Shown here: positions 1 to 6,413 of the stretch, one piece after another
How positions within the stretch are numbered: position 1 is the stretch's first letter
How the letters are laid out: each line of letters opens with the position of its first letter
DNA from: Myxococcales bacterium
Lineage (GTDB): Bacteria > Myxococcota_A > Polyangia > Nannocystales > Nannocystaceae
Assembly (NCBI GenBank): GCA_020633315.1
Contig: JACKDV010000004.1
Coordinates: 576,071 to 587,987, forward strand
Direction: 5' to 3'
DNA length: 11,917 nt
Position numbers and translations under genes: made by a program
Notes under the pieces: model-generated
Told to the model about the DNA's origin: nothing
Seen by the model: the letters and a program-made list of their open reading frames with translations, nothing else
Databases searched by the model: none

Positions 1-1
1 C

Positions 2-892
2 CTGCACGAGCAGGCCGCAGCGGCGGCCGTCGCCGCGCTGGGTCCCCAGCACCCCGCCGCCGCCCAGATGCGCGACAACGTGGCCACCCTGCGCTGGAGC
101 CTCGGCGATCGCGAGGCATCGCTCGAGCTCGCGCGAGAGATCATCGCCGATGCGCCCGAGCCGGGGGCGGGCGGCGATGCGCAGCGACGCTGCTCGCTCG
201 CGGGGCGCCTGCGGGAGGTGGGCCGCATGCAGGAGGCGCAGCAGGTCCTCGCGCCCGTGCTCGCCTCCGACGCGGCGCTGGAGCAGATGGAGCCCCCGTG
301 CCTGCTCATCGCCGGCTTCGGGCTGGCGATCGCGGGGCGACGACCCGAGGCGGCCCACCTCCGCGAGCTCCTCGAGCCGCGGCGAGCCAGCCTCCGCGAT
401 CCGCAGCTCCGCTACTGGTGGGATCTGCTCGAGGTGCTGCTGCGGGAGCCGGACGACCCCGAGGCCGCGGCCGCGTCGCTGCAGCGGATGTCGGAGGTGG
501 GCCGTTGGCTGTTCCCCGACGAGCCGAGCCTCACCCACTGGGCGCCGTCGCTGCTGGCCCGCAACCGCTGGCGCGCGGGAGACTGTGCCGGCGTCGAGCG
601 GGCGACCGCTCCCGTGCTCGAGGCGCTCGAGGGGCCGCTCGATCTCTCGCAGACCCGCTGCGCCTTCGTGCGGGCGCGCTGCTCGGCCGCCGCGGGCGAC
701 GAGGCCGGCGCCATGCGATGGCAGGCCGTCACCGCGCGCGGCCTGGCAGAGCTCGAGGTGGCCTCGGCCCCCGCCCAGGACCCCCTGGGGCCGTGGCTGG
801 AGCCCGATCCGGGGACCGACGAGAAATCCTCGAGCCCCCGAAATCCCGCGCCGGGCCCCGCGACACTGCCCCGGCATGACGATGATCCCTAG
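2..892 (+). CDS. 3' portion of a TPR-like helical-repeat protein; the reading frame is open to the window edge, so the gene continues upstream. The first ~50 aa align with the TPR tail of the Ser/Thr kinase at 8397..8546 (LHEQAAAAAVAALGPQHPAAAQMRDNVATLRWSLGDREASLELAREIIA vs LHRRALAISIAAQGPNNGTALSIRNNLALNYQAAGDLEAAIAELEALLE), and the C-terminal tail is similar too. Likely C-terminus of a paralogous kinase or TPR sensor.
   Basis: Frame 2 has no stop from base 2 to the TAG at 890-892. It contains a TPR_10/12-like motif (LGPxHPxTxxxxxNLAxxYxxxGxxxEA), GC3-rich codon usage, and is a paralogue of the tail of the 6414..8909 protein. Confidence 0.6.
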   Translation: MHEQAAAAAVAALGPQHPAAAQMRDNVATLRWSLGDREASLELAREIIADAPEPGAGGDAQRRCSLAGRLREVGRMQEAQQVLAPVLASDAALEQMEPPCLLIAGFGLAIAGRRPEAAHLRELLEPRRASLRDPQLRYWWDLLEVLLREPDDPEAAAASLQRMSEVGRWLFPDEPSLTHWAPSLLARNRWRAGDCAGVERATAPVLEALEGPLDLSQTRCAFVRARCSAAAGDEAGAMRWQAVTARGLAELEVASAPAQDPLGPWLEPDPGTDEKSSSPRNPAPGPATLPRHDDDP

Positions 893-2771
893 CCGTACCC
901 TTGGCCTGGAGCTCGCGCTGCTCGCCCTCGCCCCCCTCGCGGCGTGCTCCGAGCTGGAGCCCCGCGACCTGCTCGAGCAGGACCGCAGCATCGACGACGA
1001 AGACGTGGCGATGCCCCACGCGGTGTACTTCCCCCTGGTCACGCGCAAGGACCCGACCTGGGGCACCACCTCGATCACCTTCCACGACCTGGGCGGCACG
1101 ACCAATGCGTACGTGTTCGAGGCGCTCGATGCCGCGGGGCAGGTGGTGTGGTCGAGCGGGGTGGGGACGATCACCGCGGCCTCGGGCAGCTCCCAGCCGC
1201 TGCACCAGGTGGCCCTGCCCGAGGGCTTCCGCGGGTCGATGGTGCTCCGCAGCTCGCATCCCATGGCCGCCACCGCGGTGCAGACGGACCTGAGCAACCG
1301 CCCCATGTACAACGGCTCGACCTTCAACGACGGCGAGCGCGAGCTGTACCTACCCAGCGCCGAGTCCGGCCACGCGGCGCTGGTCGCCATCCAGAACGTG
1401 ACGATGCGCGACGTGACGGTGCAGGGCACCACCCTGGCCCCCGGCGCCTCGCTGCTGCTCTCGGGCTCGGCCCAGGTCACCCGCCTCGAGGCCAGCGGTC
1501 GCATCGCCGCGGTCACGCTCGAGGAGACCACCGCACGCTACGGCACCGCGACCGAGGCCGTCCCGGCGCGCACCCGCTCGGTGATGGCGATCGCCCAGTG
1601 CAAGGACTCGTGGCGCACCTACTCCTCGTACGAGCTGCACAACCCGCAGGGGGGCTGGGAGCAGGCGAGCATCCGCTACACCAACGGGCGCGAGCAGGCG
1701 GTGTGGCTGGCCCCCGGCGAGACCAAGCGGGTCTCCTCCTGCGACGCGGGCGATCGCGACTTCAACGGGGGGGCCGTGATCTCGGCGGGCGCCCCGGTCG
1801 CGGTCACCGGCTCGGTGCACCACATGGACCTGCCCGGCCGCACCGGCTTCGTGGGAGCGGCCAGCGGCGCGGAGATCGTGGCGCTGCCCTACGTGCGCTG
1901 GTGGCCGGATCCGTCGACCACCCAGCAACGCACGTACATCGCGGTGGCCAACACCTCCACCGATCGCTCCATCGACGTCGACGTGGCCTACTTCGACGCC
2001 AACGGCGGGCTGCTCGACACCCACTCGCTGGTCATCCCCCCCGAGGGCAAGGCCAACACCTTCCCGTGCCGCGACGGCGAGTGCGACTGCACGGGGCTGC
2101 TGAGGTTCGGCACCCCCGACGGCAACGAGGCGGCCCCGCGCTGTGACGATCCCTCCGCTCCCCTCGCGCCCCGTCGCTGGGGCGGCTCGGCGCGGATCAT
2201 CTCCAGCGATCCCCAGTCGGTGCTGGTGACGGCCCGCACCGCCACGGTCACCCCGGCCGGCGCGGCCTTCGACGCCGAGGACTACAACGGCGTGGCGGTG
2301 GATGCCCCCGACCTGCCGTTCATGGGCGTGCGCGGGCTGCCCAACGGGGCCCACACCCTGGAGTACCGGGTGGTGTCGCGCTGCAAGCCGGTCACCGCCG
2401 ACGAGATGGTCGCGGCCTACACCCTCGAGATGGACGTGGAGCTCGCCGGCAGCTCGGGCCACCGCACGATCACCATCGACGCCGTGCGGGCGCGCGACGG
2501 GTGGCACGCCGGCGACGTCGACGGCACCGTGCTCGACAGCCCCATCGGACACCCGCTGACGATCACTGGCCACGAGCCCGACGGCAGCACCGTGGTGTGG
2601 GACGCCGGCATCAGCCAGGGCTGGCTGCTCGAGCAAGGCAAGCAGTGGCTCCCCGACGTGCCCGCGCTCGACCTGCAGCGCGACCTGGTGCTCGAGACCA
2701 CGCTGGTCAACGGCGAGGAGAACGGCGCGGGCAACTGCGCGGCGATCCACCTGCTCGGCCTGCGCGACTGA
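876..2771 (+). CDS. Hypothetical secreted lipoprotein of ~631 aa with internally repeated beta-rich modules and no recognisable family. The signal peptide plus lipobox reads MTMIPSRTLGLELALLALAPLAAC|SE.
   Basis: There is an ATG at 876, with an alternative ATG at 882. Both lie in the same frame as the long ORF 150..2771, whose upstream part is a spurious extension overlapping the previous gene. The N-terminus has a basic n-region, a hydrophobic h-region and an L-A-A-C lipobox. The gene overlaps the previous CDS by 17 nt, which suggests translational coupling. Several Cys are present (CRDGECDC). Repeated segments resemble YxPxV...GxxxxVxVxN...D..G... Confidence 0.6.
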   Translation: MTMIPSRTLGLELALLALAPLAACSELEPRDLLEQDRSIDDEDVAMPHAVYFPLVTRKDPTWGTTSITFHDLGGTTNAYVFEALDAAGQVVWSSGVGTITAASGSSQPLHQVALPEGFRGSMVLRSSHPMAATAVQTDLSNRPMYNGSTFNDGERELYLPSAESGHAALVAIQNVTMRDVTVQGTTLAPGASLLLSGSAQVTRLEASGRIAAVTLEETTARYGTATEAVPARTRSVMAIAQCKDSWRTYSSYELHNPQGGWEQASIRYTNGREQAVWLAPGETKRVSSCDAGDRDFNGGAVISAGAPVAVTGSVHHMDLPGRTGFVGAASGAEIVALPYVRWWPDPSTTQQRTYIAVANTSTDRSIDVDVAYFDANGGLLDTHSLVIPPEGKANTFPCRDGECDCTGLLRFGTPDGNEAAPRCDDPSAPLAPRRWGGSARIISSDPQSVLVTARTATVTPAGAAFDAEDYNGVAVDAPDLPFMGVRGLPNGAHTLEYRVVSRCKPVTADEMVAAYTLEMDVELAGSSGHRTITIDAVRARDGWHAGDVDGTVLDSPIGHPLTITGHEPDGSTVVWDAGISQGWLLEQGKQWLPDVPALDLQRDLVLETTLVNGEENGAGNCAAIHLLGLRD

Positions 2772-2791
2772 GCCCGCGCGGCCCCGGCCGT

Positions 2792-2820
2792 GGTCCGCGG
2801 CGAGGTGCTCGTCGCGGACC
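2792..2820. terminator. GC-rich hairpin between convergent genes. GGTCCGCG (2792-2799) pairs with CGCGGACC (2813-2820) around a 13-nt loop. A flanking GTGGTCCG direct repeat sits at 2790-2797 and 2822-2829. There is no U-tract.
   Basis: A perfect 8-bp inverted repeat was read directly from the sequence. It lies in the 121-bp gap between the lipoprotein stop (2771) and the desaturase stop (2893). Confidence 0.25.
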
Positions 2821-2892
2821 CGTGGTCCGAGCACAGGAGGAGCGCCTCGGCGAGCCGGGTGCGCGAGGCAGCGAGGGGCCGACCCGGCCGCC

Positions 2893-4242
2893 CTACTCGG
2901 CGCTGAGGCTCGAGCCCTCGCGCGGCACCGTACGGTCGACCCCGGCCGCCTTGGGCCAGCCCAGCGCGTGCAGGAAGCCGATGGTCCCCCACAGCGCCGG
3001 CCAGAACCCGCGGAAGCTGCGGTAGGGGATCCCGTGGTCCTCGCAGGCCTCCCGCACCACCGGCGCGATCACGGGGTAGAGGTGCACGGCCATGCTGGGG
3101 AACAGGTGGTGCTCGATCTGGTGGTTGAGCCCGCCCGAGATGAAGTTGGACCAGCGCGAGGCGGAGCCCCAGTTGGTCGTGCCCATCACCTGCTGCTCGG
3201 CCCAGTGTCGATCGTTGGGCGGCACCAGGTCCTTCTGCAGGTGATTGACGATGAAGATCCCCTCCATGTAGTAGGAGCCGATCCCCAGCATCACCAGGGT
3301 GGTGAGCACGCCGTGCAGCGGTCCCAGCACCACCATGGGCAGCACCAGGTGCACGCTGCCCCAGGCCACCTTGTGCAGCATGGCCAGCGTCAGCGTGCGG
3401 CGCTCGAGGTGGAACGAGGCGTTGACCACCCGCCCCCGCAGCAGGTGGGTCACGTCGGAGACCAGCCACTTGACCATCCCGACGCTCATGCCGATGGCCA
3501 GCCCGATGTGCTGGATGCGGTGCCAGGGGCGGTGCGGGATCTCGGGGTGGAAGCGCAGCAGCGGCGTTCCGATCTCGCAGTCGTTGTCGTAGCCGTAGAT
3601 GTTGGGGTGGCCGTGGTGGGCGAACTGGTGGGCGTGCCGCCAGATGATGCTCGAGCCGCCGATGTACTCCATCAGCAGCCCGCACAGGCGGTTGCGGATC
3701 GAGCGGCGGGCCACCGCGGCGTGGTTGCCCGAGTGCATCAGGAAGCCCATCCGCGCCATCATCACGCCGCCGACGATGGCCGCGAGGTACGAGCCGTCGA
3801 AGGCGCGGAAGTACCAGGCCACCGCGTAGATCGAGGCCACGATCACCGCCTCGGTGGCCATGATCCATCCCCCCGAGCGGTAGTCGAGGCCGCGCTCGCG
3901 CAGGCGCTCGGCCACCCGCTGCTGCACGTCGTCGAAGAACGTGGGGTTGCCCCGGCTGAGGACCTCCGCCGGATCGAGCGAGCCCACGTGCCGCGTCCTG
4001 CGACCCAGCACCCGCCGCGCTCGCTCGAGCGACGGCCCCGGGTGGTAGGACTCGAACAGCGGAGTGGCCTGACGTCCGGCCGCGAGCTTGAGCAGCCCGC
4101 GACCGGGATGCTTGGGCATGAACTCGCCGAGGTCATAGACCTCGCCGTCCACCACGGTCCAGTACGTCCCGTCCCGGCCGTCGTGGCGGGCCACTTCCTC
4201 CATCGTGTACGTACGGGGTGCCAAGGGCCGTGAGCATGGCAC
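2893..4242 (-). CDS. Front-end-type membrane fatty-acid or sphingolipid desaturase with a fused N-terminal cytochrome b5 domain.
   Basis: The cytochrome b5 heme motif reads ...KHPGRGLLKLAAGRQATPLFESYH. The desaturase His boxes are HSGNH and HQFAHH. The third box, NHQIEHHLFP, carries the QxxHH variant that is diagnostic of front-end desaturases (delta-4/5/6/8). There is a hydrophobic transmembrane stretch between b5 and box 1. The GTG start at 4242 has an alternative ATG at 4203 (M14), so the start is uncertain. The stop is TGA/TAG at 2893. Confidence 0.85.
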   Translation of the reverse strand: MPCSRPLAPRTYTMEEVARHDGRDGTYWTVVDGEVYDLGEFMPKHPGRGLLKLAAGRQATPLFESYHPGPSLERARRVLGRRTRHVGSLDPAEVLSRGNPTFFDDVQQRVAERLRERGLDYRSGGWIMATEAVIVASIYAVAWYFRAFDGSYLAAIVGGVMMARMGFLMHSGNHAAVARRSIRNRLCGLLMEYIGGSSIIWRHAHQFAHHGHPNIYGYDNDCEIGTPLLRFHPEIPHRPWHRIQHIGLAIGMSVGMVKWLVSDVTHLLRGRVVNASFHLERRTLTLAMLHKVAWGSVHLVLPMVVLGPLHGVLTTLVMLGIGSYYMEGIFIVNHLQKDLVPPNDRHWAEQQVMGTTNWGSASRWSNFISGGLNHQIEHHLFPSMAVHLYPVIAPVVREACEDHGIPYRSFRGFWPALWGTIGFLHALGWPKAAGVDRTVPREGSSLSAE

Positions 4243-4409
4243 GAACCGCCGCGAGCCCCGGTCATCGCTCGGTCATAGTCTTGTCGCCGCAGCTCATCAG
4301 CCGTGACTTTTCCCGAGTGAGCTAGCTCGATGCGCAAGCTCGTTCACGCCCGAGCGCCGGCCGATCGCGCTTGCCAACCGTGCGCCTGCCGTGCAAAGAC
4401 CGCGCCGTG
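4243..4409. promoter_or_regulatory. Divergent intergenic region between the desaturase (-) and cfa (+). It is the lowest-GC stretch in the window. It contains a perfect 10-bp palindrome, GAGCTAGCTC (4319-4328), and a direct repeat of CGGTCAT at 4259-4265 and 4270-4276 (11-bp period).
   Basis: The motifs were read directly. No clear sigma-70 -35/-10 consensus was identified. Confidence 0.3.
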
Positions 4410-5603
4410 ATGATGGATGGGGCCAAGGCGATGAGCGCGGTGCGAGAGATGTTCGAGGCGGCCAGTCCCGCCAAGAGGGGTCAGCGCGCCGAGGCGGTGG
4501 TGCGCGAGCTCTTCGAGTACGCAGGGATCGACATCGGCGGGGGCTCTCGCGGCCACATGATCGTCCACGACGAGCGCTTCTACGAGCGCTTCTTGCGGGA
4601 CAAGTCCATCGGCCTGGGCGAGTCCTTCATGGACGGCTGGTGGACCACCGACGCTCTCGACGTGCTCATCGAGAAGATCCTGCGCGCAGACCTCAAGAGC
4701 AAGGTGACCGGGAGCTGGAAGCTCAAGCTGCTCACGGCCGAGGCCATGCTCTTCAACCGCCAGGACGTGGACCGGGCCCAGCGCTCGATCCAGGCCCACT
4801 ATGACATCGGCAACGACCTCTATGAGCGCATGCTGGACCCCCGCATGGTCTACACCTGCGCCTACTGGACGGGCGCCACCACCCTCGAGGAGGCCCAGGA
4901 CGCCAAGCTCGACCTGGTGTGCCGCAAGGTGGGCCTCGAGCCCGGCATGAAGGTGCTCGACCTGGGCTGCGGCTGGGGTGGCTTCGCCCTGTACGCGGCC
5001 GAGAAGTACGGCTGCACCGTGGAGGGTCTGACCATCTCCCGGGCGCAGGCCGAGCTGGGCCAGGCGCGGGCCAAGGCCTCGGGCCTGCCCGTCACGATCC
5101 GCCTGGCCGACTACCGCGAGGCCAAGGGCAAGTACGATCGCGTGGTCTCCATCGGGATGATGGAGCACGTGGGCCCCAAGAACTACCGCACCGTCATGCA
5201 GCTCATCCACGATTGCATGAAGGACGACTCGGTGGCGCTGGTCCACACCATCACCAACAATCGCAGCGTGGCCCACGGTACCCCCTTCGTGGAGAAGTAC
5301 ATCTTCCCCAACGCGGTCGCCCCCTCGCCCGCGCAGCTGTGCAAGGCGATGGAGGGCCTGATGGTGCTCGAGGACCTGCACAACATCGGCCCGCACTACG
5401 ACCCCACCCTGATGGCCTGGTGGGAGCGCTTCGACGCGTCCTACCCCGAGCTGCAGCACAAGTACGACCGCCGCTTCTACCGAATGTGGCAGTTCTACCT
5501 GCTGGGCGCCGCCGGAGCCTCCCGCTCCCGCGACGGGCAGCTGCTGCAGCTGGTGATGACCAAGACCGGGCGCAAGTACCCGGACCACTGCCGGGCGAGC
5601 TAG
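4410..5603 (+). CDS. cfa: Cyclopropane-fatty-acyl-phospholipid synthase (SAM-dependent CFA-synthase / mycolic-acid cyclopropane synthase family).
   Basis: It is collinear with E. coli Cfa over the whole length: IGLGESFMDGWW, HYDIGNDLYERMLDPRMVYTCAYW, the SAM motif VLDLGCGWGG, SIGMMEHVGPKNY, EKYIFPN, and the end LMAWWERF...YLLGAAGASRSRDGQLLQLV. The start is uncertain. The ORF opens with TTG at 4371. Other candidate starts are GTG 4380, GTG 4407, ATG 4410, ATG 4413 and ATG 4431. Comparison with the E. coli N-terminus favours 4410-4431. Confidence 0.88.
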   Translation: MMDGAKAMSAVREMFEAASPAKRGQRAEAVVRELFEYAGIDIGGGSRGHMIVHDERFYERFLRDKSIGLGESFMDGWWTTDALDVLIEKILRADLKSKVTGSWKLKLLTAEAMLFNRQDVDRAQRSIQAHYDIGNDLYERMLDPRMVYTCAYWTGATTLEEAQDAKLDLVCRKVGLEPGMKVLDLGCGWGGFALYAAEKYGCTVEGLTISRAQAELGQARAKASGLPVTIRLADYREAKGKYDRVVSIGMMEHVGPKNYRTVMQLIHDCMKDDSVALVHTITNNRSVAHGTPFVEKYIFPNAVAPSPAQLCKAMEGLMVLEDLHNIGPHYDPTLMAWWERFDASYPELQHKYDRRFYRMWQFYLLGAAGASRSRDGQLLQLVMTKTGRKYPDHCRAS

Positions 5604-5620
5604 CGAGCGCCCGCGAGCGC

Positions 5621-6220
5621 CTATGGCCGCGGCGCGGTGCCGTCCCTCGAGGCCTCGAGTCGGGCCATCATGGCGCTCGCTCGCTCGGGATCGGCCGAGA
5701 GCTGGTCGAAGGCGGCGCGCAGCAGCTTGCGGCCGCGATGCAGGCGGGTCCGCACGGTGGCGGTCTCGATCTCCAGCACGGCCGCGATCTCCGGCGAGGC
5801 GAGGCCCTCGAAGTAGTGCAGCTCGAGCGCGATCTGGAAGTCGATCGGCACTTGTCGCAGGGCCTCGATCATCAGCTCCCTGGACTCGGCGCGTCGGAAT
5901 GCGGTGCTCGGCGAGGGGCCGAGGTCACGCACCGAACAGCTGCCGAAGTCGACGTGGTCGCGGGCGCGGAGCCGGCGATAGTGCTGGTAGAGCATCCGCC
6001 GCGCCACCCCGAACAGGTACGCGCGAAAGCTGCCGTGCGCGATCCGATCGCGGCCCTCCACGCAGGCCAGCATCGTGGCCTGGATGAGATCCTCGACGCC
6101 GTCGTCGAGCTTGTAGTGGAAGAAGCCGACCAGCGAGTCGAAGTGGCGACCCAGCAGCTCCTCACCCGCCCTTCGATCACCTTCGCGCCAGCGCTGGAGC
6201 AGCTCGAGATCGGTGGACAT
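5621..6220 (-). CDS. ECF-family (sigma-70 group 4) RNA polymerase sigma factor.
   Basis: Region 2 reads LELLQRWREGDRRAGEELLGRHFDSLVGFFHYKL...DLIQATMLACVEG...FRAYLFGVARRMLYQHYRRLRAR. The region 4 HTH reads ALELHYFEGLASPEIAAVLEIETATVRTRLHRGRKLL. The ORF stays open upstream to 6415. The extra 65 aa are Pro/Arg-rich with no sigma homology, so the ATG at 6220 (MSTDLELLQRW) was chosen. The stop is TAG at 5621-5623. Confidence 0.8.
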   Translation of the reverse strand: MSTDLELLQRWREGDRRAGEELLGRHFDSLVGFFHYKLDDGVEDLIQATMLACVEGRDRIAHGSFRAYLFGVARRMLYQHYRRLRARDHVDFGSCSVRDLGPSPSTAFRRAESRELMIEALRQVPIDFQIALELHYFEGLASPEIAAVLEIETATVRTRLHRGRKLLRAAFDQLSADPERASAMMARLEASRDGTAPRP

Positions 6221-6413
6221 GGTCGGGGCAAGGATAGCAGCCGACGACTGGCGAACGCGCAGGAGCTCGCGCTGCCGGCCGGCCGGATGCGAGCGCGGCA
6301 TGTGAGGTCGGCGCTCGGACGGAGGCGAGCAAAGAGGTGGCAGCGCGGTCGCCACCGGGCACACTGATGCGTGGCGCCGGGCGTCGACCCTCGAGGTCCG
6401 GTAGCGCGCTGCC

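Noticed and set aside
150-875. Upstream part of the 873-aa ORF 150..2771. It is in the same frame as the lipoprotein gene and overlaps ORF 68..892.
   Set aside because: The translation is Arg/Ser/Pro-rich low-complexity sequence with no signal peptide at its start. The lipoprotein signal peptide plus lipobox begins at the internal ATG at 876. The overlapping frame (2..892) has real homology, so 150..875 is a spurious high-GC extension.
298-1259. ORFs 298..879 (+), 412..732 (-), 729..1259 (-), 901..1293 (+) and 944..2146 (+).
   Set aside because: All are alternative-frame or antisense ORFs of the two supported genes. Their translations are Arg/Pro/Gly-rich, typical of off-frame reading in 70% GC DNA, and have no recognisable motifs.
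2417-4337. Long overlapping ORFs 2417..3868 (-), 2968..4233 (+), 3843..4337 (-) and small ones at 3299..3592 and 3599..3829.
   Set aside because: They overlap the desaturase gene, which has unambiguous cytochrome b5 and His-box motifs in its own frame. The alternative frames give low-complexity His/Arg/Pro-rich translations.
4344-6367. ORFs 4344..5588 (-), 4391..4804 (+), 4919..6367 (+), 5623..6087 (+) and 5872..6231 (-).
   Set aside because: These are antisense or off-frame to cfa and the ECF sigma gene, which both have strong family motifs, and they have no motifs of their own.
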